Of a stretch of DNA of 64,000 bases, positions 49,201 to 63,700 are shown piece by piece. Within the stretch, counting starts at the first letter, position 1; each line of letters begins with the position of its first letter. The stretch is from Narcine bancroftii. Its lineage: Eukaryota. Location of the stretch: assembly GCF_036971445.1 (NCBI RefSeq), contig NC_091471.1:159650001-159714000 (forward strand). The letters run 5' to 3'. The position numbers were made by a program, and so were the translations under genes. Below the pieces are notes generated by a model, which was given only the letters and a program-made list of their open reading frames with translations, did no database searches and was not told the origin of the DNA.

Positions 49201-52200
49201 TTATACACAGAGAAATTTAAATTAGATGTTAGGGACTTGGGTTAATAGACAAACTGATATGCACAAAATAATAGGAAAGCAGAATCACAGATGAACTGAA
49301 AATGTAAGAGATGAGACTATTCAGGTAAACAAGGGAGAGGCAGAAATGGGAAATAAGATCCTATCAGTTCATAGAATAAAAGATGGCATTTAACTAAGTG
49401 ACAGCATGAAAACAAGGGAACAAAGGTAGGGAAGACTATTAAAACAAAAGTGGAATACTAAGAAACTCTTGAGAAATTCTGTTGAACAGCCAAGCCTCAA
49501 ACAAAATGAAGGGATTCACATAAAAGTGCACAGAAGTCTGATAGATGACTCTATAATAATCCCAAAAACTGTTTATTGATTTCCAAATTTAAAACACTAT
49601 CAAGTTTAATTTTTGGTCCAGAAAAGGATCACCCTTTAATCATTCTATCACTTGTGATAGTACTTCCATTGAACCAATGCACTCCACAAAATCTCCTTGA
49701 CTGATCAGTTTAAAAAATGATTATTTACTGGATGCTTAGGATTTTCTTGAATATTAACCCTTTTTGTTTCCTCTTGCTTTTTGAATAAAATAAACCCTTT
49801 TAAACTATGAGTCTCATTGCAGCATAATACAATTTTAATTTCAGTTGAAACTTCAAGCTTTAAACTATATACTTGTGTAGTCAGAAAACACCATTACAGA
49901 AAGGAATAAAGGATAAAATTAACAAATTACACTTCAAGAATTTATTATTCATCTTCATTTCTGTATGCATGTGGGCTTGAATCATGTTTACTCTGTGTCT
50001 GCTACATGCAGCTGTAAACTAGAATCACAGAGGATTACAGTTTGATGGGCAAATGAGCTTCTTTCCAATTTTTATTGGCACCATGCAAGAACAATAAATA
50101 ACAAGAGTAGACCATTCAGCAAGATCATAGCTAATCTACCTCAAACAAATTTTCAGTCATATTCCTACTACCTTTCATAACCACTAATGATTTCATCCGC
50201 TTTGAATGCAATCAAAGATTAAACTTCCAAGCTTAGTGATTCAGAAGAAATTTCTAATTTCAGTCTTAAATGATTTCTTCTTATTTTGACCTAGCTTCAG
50301 ATTTAGCTGAGGAAAATTCAATCTGCACCAGTTCTGTAGAGCCCACTAAAAATGTAATGTTTCACTGTGATCACTCCCACTCTTCTAAAGTCTAGAGAAT
50401 GAAGATCTAATCTATTCAATCACTCAACTGAAAATCCTGCCATCCCAGATATCAATCTAGTAAATCTTCATTGCATTCCCTTAATTGCATGTGTATCTTT
50501 CTTTTGGGAAGGAGACCACACTTGTATACCATACTCTAGTTGTGCTCCCACCAAGATCTTCTTTAATCATTGAAGTGGGACATTTTTAGCTGTGGTAAAC
50601 ATCAACTTTTAGTGAAAGTCATGGTCTTAGAACATGAAAACAGGCCCTTCAACCCAAATTTTCCTGTTCGACCAGAATGTCCCACCCCCCGCCTGTATCA
50701 ATTAATTTTTTTTCCTAATCTTTGTAATAGTACCTGCTTCAACCACCTCCTCTGCAGCCCACTCCATTCACTCACCATCCTATGTGTAAAAAAAAGTTTC
50801 TCCCCATCCCAGGTTCCTGTTAAATCTCTCTCTCCCCCCCCCCCCCCCCATCTGAAACTTGGTTGCTCATTCCCCTATTCTGAGCAAAGCACTGTGCATT
50901 CACCCAAACTATTCCTCTTTTGGTTTTGTTTACCTTAACATGTCAAAGGGCACCCAGATATCTGTAAATATAAACATTCCTCACTTTTACGACTCAAGTG
51001 GAAAACCTTAATTTTCCATATAGTATACATCACTTATCATGCAGTTTCCCTTTAAAAAAAATTAATGAAGCCTCTCGTCATTCCTGGGTAGTTGGTCATC
51101 AGAAAACTTGGAAATAATACAATTGTATGTGGTTATAACCAGGTGACCACACAAATAGGTCAGAGTGAGAATGGGAAGGAGAATTAAGATGGCAGACATG
51201 AACCTCCAAGTTAGCCCTGCAGACTGAGGACTGCCTTGAAGAAATCACACAAACTTGCCAAAGCTGAAAGACCATACATCTTTGAATGCACTGCATGGGG
51301 ACTAATACAAACATCATGTTTTATAGTGAATATCATTTACAAATTTAATAAACATGCATTTTCTCTTTGGGAGCCTAGATAACCAAGCTCTGCAGAATTG
51401 GCAATGTGTTGGCCAGGATGGGCTATTTTTGCTGCTACAGCTGCTCTCCATAGCATTCCTTTTCTCAATTAAACCCTCTGCCTCATCCACATCATGCAAA
51501 GCCTTTGTCTCCATGACCAGAAAAGGCTTAGTGCACCAACTCTGGATGGCATAGGCAGAGCAACAAAAATTGGCAAAGTGGAGGCATGCAGTCAAGAAGA
51601 CACCATTTCTGCACAGGAGCTCTGAGCAATAGCCCAAGGACAGAAGGGAGCAGCAAACTCAAAACCACAGCCATTATCCTAAAGAACATCAGTCTTACCA
51701 TGCTACTATAAAATGTGAGACATTTGTATTTTTATTAAATTTAGCTTTACAAGGTGAGCCTGGCTCAGCACTTTAACCAGGTTGAGATAATTTGTGACTA
51801 GTGTTATGCACTTTGGCCAATATTTGCCAATGGTTTGAGCAGGGCACCCCGTCCAATAGTCAGCTATAAAAAAATGATTAAGTTTGGATTATTTATTATC
51901 TGTATCCACTCCATAATTACTAAATGTGTTTCATATTTTATTGTCCATGGATATCAGAACTGTCACTAATTTAGAATTAGTATGTTAAAGACAAATTATA
52001 TTTGCCTAATTTCCCCCGAACCTTGTTTAATTTAAGGGAATAAAAACCTCGCAGTTCTTGATAATTTAACCCAAAGAGCAGGATTTGGGAAATTTGCATT
52101 TGAATCACCAAAGGACAATGCTGCCACCTTTGAGTTATAAATACTTAATCTACACTTATTATTAACCAGCAAAATATTCATCTTGTATTACTGTCACATA

Positions 52201-53839
52201 CGACCCAGTGTATTCCCCACATAGATAATAAAATTGAGAAATAGTGGCAAAAAAATAGCCCACTTGCATGTTTATATATTAATGTCAACTGAATGGGCTA
52301 GAAGTTTTAAAAATTTTGCCTAAAGGCAGTTAGTTTGGCTTTTTGTATCAAATTCAAGCAAACAAAACTGAAGCTTTGATGGAAACATTATGATGCAGAA
52401 ATTGGCTAGTGCAATATTATGAAAGCTTCCTGCTTTGGTAAATCCTTATGAATAGCTTTTCCAAGTGATAATGAAAAGTGTTCAAAAACTTAGCCATATA
52501 TATTTGTATTCACTCATGAGATGTAATGTTGCTAATAATTCCATGCACAATGATCTGTTGAGCCAAATCCCTGATGTGAAGTTGCAGGTTTGGGATTCCC
52601 GACACTGCAAATGGGTAGGAAAAGATGGAATGTTCATCCATTGATGAAGAAATAACAGTTTGCTTGATGATGTTTGTTGATGGAAGGAAGCTTGCAGCAT
52701 TTGTCTTTCTCAACAAAAGGCTGTAATAAATATTCCTGAAGAATATTAGCAATGTTTTCTGTGGAGATTACAGTACCCCATAACATTCACTATTAGAGGA
52801 ATTACAAGTTAAGGGTTTCAAAATAAAATACCAAAGATTTTTTTTAAAAAACAGCTATCTGAAAATACCATACATCTAATGTTTTGCATCAAAGTGTAAT
52901 TATACTGTTAATAATATTCACAAAATTGCTAATTGTAGGTTCAACCCCTGATCTTGAGATTCTAGACTCTTGCTTCGATGCAACATTGAACTGCTGCTTG
53001 GAACAATTAATCAAAAAAAAAATTGCAATGGTATTTCTAACTGATTTCTTATTCCAATCAAAATTTAAGAGCCAATGTTCAATTTGGGGACACTTTTCCC
53101 ATGCAGTTATTTTTGTGCATCACCCTTTACAGGTCTCAGAGAAGCCTCATGTCAGATTTTTTTGAATTAGTCTGAAAAATCAAAATTTTGCTTTAAAAAC
53201 CATGACACTGCAGACATGAAATTAGTATCTGAAGTTGCAGATACAATTCCTGGAGTAGCGATACTGCAAAGCCTGATTTACAAGCCTCAATTTAATACCC
53301 ATGCACACCATAATATAATTTGAGCACATTTATAATTTAAGTATTGTCCCACTGCACAAATTAACATCAGTATTACCTATGTGAGAGTTCAATTTCAAAA
53401 CTAAAAATTCAAGATAGAAATAGAACAGTGTACACAAATATCTATCCAATACTATTGTGTTTAATATGAATTAGGCAATTAAATGTTGGAAAATAACTGC
53501 AAAGTCCTGCAGAAAAAGGCTGATGAACATAGCAAGTTTAAAAAAAAGACTGCAAAGCAGCAAGGTCCATGAAATACAACAGCTCAAAATACAAAATTGG
53601 AGATCCAAAGTTATCATTTCTTTCAAACAAAAAAAAATCCAAGATCTTTAAAAAAAAAATGGTGACACTGCTGTAATGGCAGCACTAGCATTAGTACGGA
53701 TCAGGAGAGACAGTGCTGCTCTGCGGAATCCTACTATCCGGCCCAAGGATGAAGGCTTGTTCAGAGTTAAAACAGCCTATTAAAGCAACTAGCTGTGTTT
53801 TTTTTTCCAAATTCCTGCAGCCATGGAGGTCTTTTTTTT

Positions 53840-54560
53840 TTAAATTAAAAAAATATTTTATTTAATTTTCCATTGATGCAGTAACTACAATTATAATAGA
53901 TATTAAAAAACCAAATTGATTACATACATGGTTTTCATCCTACCTCACAACCCCTCCCTCCCACCCACCCTTCCCCCAAAAAAAATACAGATTGAAAAAA
54001 GTAAAATAAAACTTTAAATGTACAAAATAAAAAGAAAAGAGAAAATTAAAAAAAATTGGATTGCAGAGAGATGTTGTGCATCTGTTCGAACATAAACATA
54101 AGAGGAAAATTCTGCAGGGTGGCAAATTTGTAAAAATGTAGAATATTTAATTCCTAAATTATGAGTAATTTTTTTCTCAAGGACTACAACTTTGAATTTC
54201 AGCATGCCACCTTGGCATACTTAAAGATGTATCTGATTTCCAAGTAATTGCAATACATTTTCTTGCTACCGCTAATGTCATTTTAACAAATTTTAATTTA
54301 GGATTTGAACCCAATATTTCCTAATAAAAATCAGGATTTATGGGAAAACTTTTTGGAACAAGTTAGTGGAGTTATCTATCGTCACCCAAAAGGTCTCACA
54401 TTAGGAAAAAACCGTGTTGAATGTACAAGAGATCCCAGATCTTTACCACACCCAAAACATTGATCTGATAAATCAGATTTCAATCTATTAAATTTCTCTG
54501 GTGTAAGATATAATTGATGTAAAAAAAAATTGTAAGCAGTAGTATTTAAGCATGGTCCAG
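53840..54560 (-). mobile_element. L1 3' end fragment
   Basis: HQLYLTPEK..CFGC..H motif, 3' UTR and A-rich tail. Confidence 0.6.
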
Positions 54561-55052
54561 CCAGACTGTATAGGCAGGTTTGAAGGTTCAAATGGCCTTT
54601 TAGCTTGTCTGTTCTTCCTAAGTAACTGACTGCTCAATGTAGATTCTCATGACAGAAGCAAAATGTAAACTTCAGTTAATGGCAGCATCTCAATGTGATT
54701 ATTTAAAAATTGCACTGCATTAGAAACCTGGGCATTGAAATTGCAGTAATTTTTGTTAATTTACAGAATTTGAAGAATCTAGCAAAAAAGTACTGGCAGA
54801 AGAACTGGTTCAAGGGCTTTGCTAATGCTGTTTTCAATTGGAATGTGAACCATTTTCCCTGCAGGGGAAACTGAACCACACTGAACCATAGCTAAGCAAC
54901 TTCCAATAAATTATAGACAGCATTAAAACAAACAAAAAATGCAACTGCAAACTCAGTTAAGCCACAGTAAAATCCTTCAACTTTTGAGTAGCTGGAACTG
55001 GTAACTTTTTAAAACCATGCAATTACAGTATTTAGTGAAAAAGTACACTTAC

Positions 55053-55157
55053 TGTTTTGAGCCAAAGCTTGGAGAAGGCAGTCCAGGCATCCCTCTATGC
55101 TATCTGATGTACCATCAGCAGTTAGCTTCAATTTTTGCAGTGCATCATTTAGGTTAT
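55053..55157 (-). CDS. RAP1GDS1: RAP1GDS1 exon 2
   Basis: ag|AT AAC CTA... encodes DNLNDALQKLKLTADGTSDSIEGCLDCLLQALAQN, then gtaagt; 105 nt. Confidence 0.93.
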
Positions 55158-55399
55158 CTTTTTTTTGGGGGGGGGGGCAGGGTTGATGGGGGGAAAAAAA
55201 ATCAAAGATGAAAGTTTGACTGTGCGTAGACAAATTTTAACTACTTAAACATTACATTATACAAGTACATTTATTTCACTACAGACAACATTAAGCACAA
55301 TCCAATGTTCCATACAATACATACCATATCAAGGATTAAGCAAATGGAATGGTACTGATTAGTTTAAATTTCTCTGCTGTCTCCATCCTAACATTTGTC

Positions 55400-56220
55400 A
55401 ATCCAAACATTTGTTTGTACCATTTTGGAGATTTAAAAAAAGGACTAAGGGAGAAATATTGGCACAAGAGACTCGTGGTTGAGAAGCATATTAAACAAAG
55501 AATGAATTAGGCTAGTGGATGCTGTCCACAAAATACTTGAGCAAATCTAGAGAATTATCCATGATGAGTCAGTAAAATGGATCCAAAATAGACAGACATA
55601 CAAGACAGGATAATGAAGGGGTATTTTTGCTGACTGGAGGTCTATTACCAGAGATCAACAAGGATTAGTATGGTGTGGGGGAGGGGGGGGGCTCTATTTC
55701 AAAACAAGGTGACCTGATTAGTAAGTTTACAGACTATATAAAAATTGGCTGAGCTGTGGATAACTAGTCAAATGATATAGATGGATACAAATCAGTTAGC
55801 AAAACAAAAACTAAACAGAGTGTAATGCAAACTGAGATATGATGCATTTTGAGGGCAAAAGTTTGTTGTAAATATTGGCAGCATTCTTTTGAACAGTGAT
55901 GTTGGGGAGTTTGGGATGAAAGTCTGTAGCTCTCTGAAAGAGGCAACACAAGAGGAAGAAGTAAGGAAAGAATATGGCGTGCTTGTCTTCATCAGTTAGG
56001 GCAACAAGCACGAAAGTTGGGAAGTTATTTTGCAGCTGTACAAAACTTGGGCAAAGCCACATTTGAAGTATTGTGTGTATCTCTGACTGCCACATTACAG
56101 GAAGGATGTGGAGGCTTTGGCAAGGGTACAGAAGAGATTGACCAGGAAGTTGTCTAGATTGAAGTGCATTAGCTACAAGGTTGGACAAATATGAAATGTT
56201 TTGGAGTGCCAGGAGATGTA
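55400..56220 (+). mobile_element. Degraded CR1 RT fragment
   Basis: KFTD, MMHF and LYKT..PHLKYCV remnants. Boundaries approximate. Confidence 0.5.
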
Positions 56221-58194
56221 CAAATTTGAGGTACATATCAACTATTTGCCCTGTTTCCACCACACCCCCACTCCCCCATACACAAACAACCGGGTCTAAT
56301 ATTAAATATTGGAGGGCTTTGGTCTGAGTACATACATGACATCATACAACCCCGAGATTATTTTTCCTGTAGGCCACACAAAATTTCTACTTCTGGGTAC
56401 CTTAAAGGAGATTTACACTTTGGTCAATAATTTTACAGCTCATTTGAATTTCCTCTCAACTTCCCTGTTTGGGTTTAGAGACAAGACAAAGTTGAGTGTC
56501 AAAGAGAAGACAGAGCAATCCTCAGGCATAATGGAACACAAAAACCTGGATATCAATGGAAAACCAGAAATGTATTGAGATAGTGCTTAAAAATAGAATT
56601 CAACTGTATCAAGCTTTAGAAAGTTATTTCCCCATAAATAATGGAAGCATGATTATTCATTAATGGTCACATACCTATACTATTCCCATAATCTAGCACT
56701 AATACACTAGCAAAAGACTGATAGCCACATCGTGACGGTGGGAACATCCAGAGTTTTGTAACTGAAGATGCTCCAAAATTCTTTAGAGGAACATAGATTT
56801 AAATATGTTAAACAACTTTCTTTCAAACCCTGCCACAAGACATTGTACTATGAAAAGTTAATGATGCACTGCCTTCCCCAATTTACCAAATTGCTTTATG
56901 CATCAATTGTTCTGCCTACATACAATAAATATCCTAAAATATTCCCAAGAAACCCAGTAGGCTGAATTTATAGCATTATCCATCTAAACCTCCATAATGA
57001 ATGGTATGGGACTGAACAACAAGTATAAAATTGTTGAAGAGTCATTAGAAATAAAAATTTCCCTTTACCAATAATTACGCCAACTTCAAATTCTCACAAC
57101 TATAAAATATTTTTACCTTTCTCCATTTTTATAAAAGGACACAAAAATCAACAGACTAACAAGTCTGCCTGTAAAATACCCAAACAGAATTCAACCAAAC
57201 AGATGGAAAAGATTTTTGTTTATTATAAAATTTGCTTTCCTTTAAATATTTTCCCATTGTGACTAATGATTTTTATGTTTGCTACTTATGGTCAATATGG
57301 AATCTTCTCTGCAACAGAGATAAAAATATAGCTGGAATATTTACAGAAATGTAGAACAAGCTAAAATCCAAAATGTTACCCAAAGGGACTTAAACTGGTT
57401 GGTAGCATAATTGGCTGGAATATCAAAGTGTCAGATCTTGCCAGCTGTGAAAAAAACCTCAAGCATTGTTCCACATTCTCTACCATCCCTGCAAATGATG
57501 CACCAGATAAAACAGAATATAATGCACATAGGAAAACAACATCTCAGCCCCAAACTCAATTTACCTTAAAACTGGTACTGGCCAAATTTGAGGTTAGTGA
57601 TCCCACTATTAATCTTCCTCAATTATTTCCCCTCTCCCTTTCTAACCCCATCACTCTAATTTATTGCTATGTTTTATATCAGAGCACAAGAATCTGCAGA
57701 AGCCAAATCAATTTTTCTTGCAGTGAATGGAAAGGCAGGGAATATCAAAAATTTAAATTTATTGTCACAATACACACACATTACATACAACCCTGAGTAT
57801 TTTTTTCCTGTGGGCCAGGCAGAATTTCTATTTACTGGTAGTACAATAGCACTCAAAATAAGTATCATAATTAAATTCAACAATTAACAGCTTAGAAACT
57901 GTTCTTATTGTAATAAATTTAAAATCATCCAACTTTATGATGAAAGGCTATTTAATTGGCAAAGTGCAATAATTTTCTGTACAAATGAAATTTCATCTGC
58001 ACTACCTGCCATACAATTTCCTGTATAAGAGAATGGATTAATCTAAAAGCACATTACAACTCATTGTGGGCATCATAGTGGATGGCTGCTCGTTTATTCT
58101 TGCTTTTTATAACATTTAAATTATATCCCAGCTTGTCTGATTCATCTCAGTGCAGCTTTCCTGATGAAGTATTTTCAAACAAAAATGTGGACTC

Positions 58195-59130
58195 GTGGCG
58201 TTTTGGAGTCCCGGTGCACATCACTAGCGACAAAGGGGCACAGTTCACGTCTGCCCTGTGGACTCAGATGGCGAAGCTCCTGGGGGGGTCAAGCTCCACC
58301 ACACCACCTGCTGTCCAACAGATTGGTGGAGAGGTTCCACAGGCACCTGAAGGCATTGCTTATGGTCAGGCTCTCTGGACCAGACTGGGCAGACGAGCTA
58401 CCCTGGGTCCTCCTTGGGATTAGGACGGCACCCAAGAAAGACCTGCAGGCTTCAGCAGCAGAGATGGTCTATGGTGCACCGCTTTCCCTGCTGGGTGAGT
58501 TTTCCAGCCCAGACCCTGACACCACGGCCACCGACAAAAACCTGGGGGCGGACCTACGCAGGCAACTTGTCTCCCAACCTCCCCCAACCTTGTTTCATCT
58601 CCCCAAAGAGCTCGACTCAGCCCAGTTCATTTTCATGTGGAGAGGACCACAAGGTGCACCACCGCTACAGCAACCGTAAGAAGAGCCATACAAAATCTTG
58701 CACCGGTCTGGCAGAACTTTCATCCTGGACGTTGTGGGGGGGGGGGGGGGGAGAGAGAAAGAGAGGAACTTTTTACGGTGGACCACCTGAAGGCGGCCCA
58801 TCTGGACTTATCACAGCTGATGCAGATGGCTGTGCCCAAGCACCAGGGCTGGCCGCCAAAGCGACAGGACTCGTAGCCGTTTCTGGGGGGGGGGGGGTTG
58901 TGTGGCGGCGCACATCCTCATGACAAACTGGCCTGCTTGTATTGCCATGTGGCAGGGCAGCCATGGGGAAATGGCATCATCAGAGGTTTCTCTTGGACTC
59001 CAGCATCCCTTCCAGCGCGCTCCCTGGGCAGCAATTATGAGGTCACAATGCACCAGGTGACTGAGCTCATGCTGCTCACACCACCACAGACTGTCTATTG
59101 CCCACTAAGCTCCACCTTTGTGCGTAGTTA
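58195..59130 (+). mobile_element. Gypsy integrase fragment with PPT and probable 3' LTR start
   Basis: RFGVPVHITSDKGAQFTS, LVERFHRHLK, LPWVLLGIRT; G-run PPT then TGTGG near 58901. End approximate. Confidence 0.75.
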
Positions 59131-60369
59131 TGCTCAAGTCCATGGCAGTAGTTATTTAAATGAACAAAATATTGGTCTTGTATTCCATGCAAGATGAGGA
59201 GCTCTGAATTTACCAGTGTTTTTGTGAAATTGTGCAGATATCCTAGACAATGGAGTCATTTAAAATATTTCAGATGCTGGTTTTCAGTTTTTCACACTGA
59301 TTTTCAACTTCCTTGAATTAATAAAAAAACGTTTTTGGCATTGGAAGGATGGTCATTACATCTTTAAATTTAAAAATGATAGGGAATGACAGTTAGACTT
59401 TCTTAAATCATATTCACAATTCCAGATATTTAAAAATACCAAAATATTCAATAATCTGATGCAGATCAACCTTAATTTTATAGGTACTGAAGAAACACAG
59501 GGCATGGCTTCCCTATCAAAGATAACAATTGCAAGATGAAGTTCTATTTATCAAAAAGAAACATACTAAAAGACACCCCAGTTCTAAAGGAGATCATTCA
59601 TTGCTAATGGTTCATTTTCTGCAATGACAAAAATTGCATGGGGTAATCAAAGCTATTCTTAATCACTGAGATTAATCACTGAACTGACAAAGTAGTTTCA
59701 GTTCAGTCACTTGTATTACTGTAACACCACTCATCAGCACCCAATAACTTGCTCAACACATTTACACATTTTATTTCCATATCCCCAAGTGGCAACCAAG
59801 TTTTAGAAAAAAATCTCTTCAAAATTCAATCATTTTATTGTGGGTTCTGGCAACTGAGCACTATCCTCTCTTGAAATAAAAAAGAGTACAGGATTCCACT
59901 GGGCTCGCCCATGTGCAACATGAATTGTTAAAAGCTATTTTTAAATGCCTCCAACAAGACAGAGAACCGAACACGGTCAATGGTCAAATTTAATTCTCAG
60001 GAGTAAGACACGACTACACGAATTCCTCTTTGCATACACACGGTGTAAAAGGAACTGACAGCTGCAGACGAGGAGGAAACAGAACAAATCGAGGCATGCA
60101 TTTGGCTGTCCGCAGAGACTGGATTTGTTCGTTAAGGAGAGATGCAGTTCACAGACGACCAATTTCAGAGCAATCTGCCAACATCAGGGTGGAGGCAGCA
60201 GGGTCAGATAGCCATTGAAAGTTAATGCAGCACAGATGAGACCTGCAAAAGCTTTCCTCTCTTCCTCCTTTCCACCACCTCCTCCTTCTCCTCCCCAAAG
60301 TACGATCGATCTTCTTTCTGCCTCCACCCTGGGGAAGACATGCGCACTATCTCCACCCCACCCTCCCCA

Positions 60370-61090
60370 CAAGGCCGTGCGCACCCCCGGCGCGCGGAAC
60401 TTACCCATGACGTGCCGGCGCGGGGCTGGGCTCGAGACCCCACGGACGGTCGGGACCGTTACCCCGCCCCCGCCTCAGGAGGTTTGGGGCGGGGGGGCGG
60501 TTGAGCCTGACGGATCCGACCCTCCCACGGTCTGAGGAGAAGCACGCCGAGGGTGCGGCTCCAAATCGAGATGGGGGATCGTGAAGAAATTCCGGCCTTT
60601 TAACCCTCCTGCTGCCCAGCAAGGGGGTACAACCCGGGACTGAGGCGGGCCTCAAACACCCTAGTGGCAGCCGAAGCTCTGGCAAGCCGTCGGTGCGGAG
60701 GTACTGTTGCCGATTGCTGCTCTGCTCTGCTCTCTCCTCCCTCGTCGATGCTCCTGAGCAGCCGCCACAGCCGTTAGCTCTTCATCACCTCCGAGGTTGC
60801 GCGCATCAACCGCCCCGCCCGTTTTCGCGGCGATTGGAGCCTGGCCGACCTTGACATGCCTCCCTTTGGTGAACATGTACGTTCATCACGTCGATATGCA
60901 CCAATTGAGCAGACGGAGGCGGGATGCAAGGTGTCCTGCCTCCCATTGGTTGTCCTTGTCACCTTCCTCACTGCCTTCCCATTTTGCTCTTTAAAAAGAC
61001 TGAGTAGTCCCTCCCCTGAAGAGATCACCGATTGGCTGCTGAATGGAACGTCGACACGCCGCTGCGTCCCTGATTGGCTACTTCGGCAGT
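60370..61090 (-). promoter_or_regulatory. CpG-island promoter and 5' UTR of RAP1GDS1
   Basis: GC/CpG-rich block over exon 1; GC box CCGCCCCGCCC 60810-60820; five CCAAT/ATTGG boxes (60833, 60901, 60945, 61031, 61073); E2F-like TTTTCGCGG at 60822. Confidence 0.8.
60405..60408 (-). CDS. RAP1GDS1: RAP1GDS1 (SmgGDS) coding exon 1 (ATGG)
   Basis: Minus strand reads gtcATGG|gtaagt inside a CpG island. The phase-1 donor joins exon 2 to give M-D-N-L, the known SmgGDS N-terminus. Confidence 0.85.
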
Positions 61091-61388
61091 CAATTATTCA
61101 CACAGTCCTTGTCCAAGAGGTAAACAAAAAATCTGCAGATTCCGGGTTCCAGTGCAGTCACATGGCATCCATAGAAGCAAAAGGTAGTGGACGTTCCGGG
61201 TTGCAGCCCCTCTGATCTGAAGGAGTGTCAAAAATCAGGCAGACGTCTGAATAAAAAGGGGGGGGGGAGAGGGGGAACACCAGTTAACGGGTAAGTTGAT
61301 TACAGGTGGGAAGGAGAAGAAGAGAAAGATGAGAAGTGATTACGGGAGAGGGCAGAGTTAGAAGGGGTGGGAAATTTTAAAAGGGGGT

Positions 61389-62808
61389 TAGAGAAAAAGC
61401 GGGGAATTATAGGCCGGTGAGCCTTACATCAGTAGTGGGCAAAAGGATGGAATCCATTATTAAGGATGTAATAGCGGAGCATATGACTAGCAGAGAAGGG
61501 ATCGGACAGAATCAACATGGATTTACAAAAGGTAAATCGTGCTTGACAAATCTATTGGAATTCTTTGAGATGGTGACAGGTAAAATAGATGGGGGAGAGC
61601 CAGTGGATGTGGTGTACCTGGACTTCCAAAAGGCCTTCGATAAGGTCCCGCATAAACGACTGGCTTCCAAAATCAAGGCTCATGGGATTGGGGGCAAAGT
61701 ATTGATGTGGATTGAGAACTGGCTGGCAGGTAGAAGACAGAGAGTTGGGATAAATAGCTCGTTTTCTGAGTGGCAGGCGGTGACCAGTAGGGTGCCACAG
61801 GGATCTGTACTGGGACCCCAGCTATTCACAATTTACATTAATGATCTGGATGAGGGGACTGAATGTAATATCTCCAAATTTGCAGATGACACTAAGCTAG
61901 GAGGGGTTGTGTGCATGGAAGAGGGGGTCAGGAAGCTCCAGTGTGATTTGGATAAATTGAGGGACTGGGCAGATACATGCCAAATGCACTACAATATGGA
62001 TAAATGTGAGGTTATCCACTTTGGTAATACAAACCGGAGGGCAGATTACTATTTGAATGGCAATAGATTAAGAGATGGGGAAGTGCAGAGAGACCTAGGG
62101 GTACTTGTACACCAGTCTCTGAAGGCGAACATGCAGGTACAGCAGGCGCGGTTAAAAAGGCAAATGGTATGTTGGCTTTCATATCAAGAGGGTTTGAGTA
62201 TAGGAACAAGGATACCTTACTGCAGCTGTACAGGGCCTTGGTGAGACCCCACCTGGAGTATTGTGTGCAGTTTTGGTCACCTGATCTAAGGAAGGATGTT
62301 CTTGCAATGGAAGGAGTGCAGAGGCGATTCACCAGACTGATACCTGGAATGGCAGGAATGACTTATGAGGAAAGATTGCGCAAATTGGGATTGTACTCCC
62401 TGGAGTTTAGAAGATTGAGAGGGGATCTCATAGAGACATATAAAATTCTGGCAGGACTGGACAGAATGGATGCAGATGGGATGTTTCCAATGATGGGAAA
62501 ATCCAGAACCCGGGGCCATGGTTTGAGGATAATAGGCAAACCATTTAGGACCGAGATGAGGAGGAATTTCTTGACCCAGAGGGTGGTGAATCTGGAATTC
62601 ATTGCCACAGAGGGCAGTAGAGGCAGATTCATTAAATATATTTAAGAGGGAATTAGATATATTTCTTCAGTATAAGGGTATGAAAGGTTACGGAGAGAAA
62701 GCGGGGACGGGGTACTGAACTTTAAGATCAGCCATGATCTCGTTGAATGGCGGAGCAGGCTCGAAGGGTCGAATGACCTACTCCTGCTCCTATCTTCTAT
62801 GTTTCTAT
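61389..62808 (+). mobile_element. Young 5'-truncated CR1 LINE
   Basis: Nearly intact RT (YLDFQKAFDKVPH, VPQGSVLGP, KFADDTK) with cttctatgtttct tail. Confidence 0.92.
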
Positions 62809-63599
62809 TAGAGGAGAGGAGACAGGGATGAGGAAAAGAGAAAATGGGGAGGTTCATATTCCCTTTTCACACTGCCAATCCTCCAAAAAGGCAAGGAAAC
62901 AACCCGAGTTGCAGTACCTGGTAAGCCATTCACACAGGTTCATGTGGCTATCTTGAATCTAAAGGGCCCAACCTCCAGTGGTGATGTCCCGAATTACATA
63001 TTCACAGGGCAGTAAAATCATAGTGGGAATAAAGCACATAAGCACACAAGGTATAAAAGAGAGTGGGAAAAAATGCACACAATTTAATAAGACTTGCACG
63101 TGTAATGTATAAAAGACCATGAGAAAATCTACTATAGTGGGCTTCAGTCTGTTCAAACTTGGGAACTGAGAGGAAACTGGGCTGAGCACTAAAGCAAGTT
63201 CTGTAATCATACTAGGTAAAGCAGAACAACCTAGTTTTTACATTATATTAGGTATTATAAGTAATCTTGAAATGAATTAAAACACAGGTATGTGCTGACA
63301 GCCCACTGGCCGTGGGCTGACAGACCCATTGGCTGCTCAGTGACAGCTCCACTTGTCCACGTGTGAAATATTACTGCACTGATATTAAAACTACCAGACT
63401 GCCGCACGTCATATTCACATTGCAATCTACAAGGTACCAAGTCAAATCCGAGTTAACTCAGCCAGGCTCTGACACAACCCCCCACCCTCACCAAGAGGCA
63501 GAACCCGGTTGACTTTTACCCACCCTGTCCAGTTTGGACCTTTCACACTGCCAGATTACCTGCTATGGACCCATTAAATTGCCCGGTTCAATCCACTTT

Positions 63600-63700
63600 A
63601 TTTGGTGGTATGATGTCTGATTGGAACTGCTAAGAGGAAATATGAGGTGTTGTTCCTCCAATTTATGGGAGGCCTTATCTTGGCTGTACATGACAGTCAG
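63600..63700 (-). mobile_element. Penelope-like element, GIY-YIG C-terminal remnant
   Basis: Minus strand encodes KLEEQHLIF; probably continuous with 62810-62860 and 61110-61388. Confidence 0.5.

Noticed and set aside
60184-61215. Overlapping ORFs in the CpG island
   Set aside because: Expected in GC-rich sequence; only the ATGG of exon 1 has splice and homology support.
62861-63598. Possible non-autonomous DNA transposon (TTTCACACTGCCA occurs twice)
   Set aside because: Could not define convincing terminal inverted repeats or a TSD by eye.
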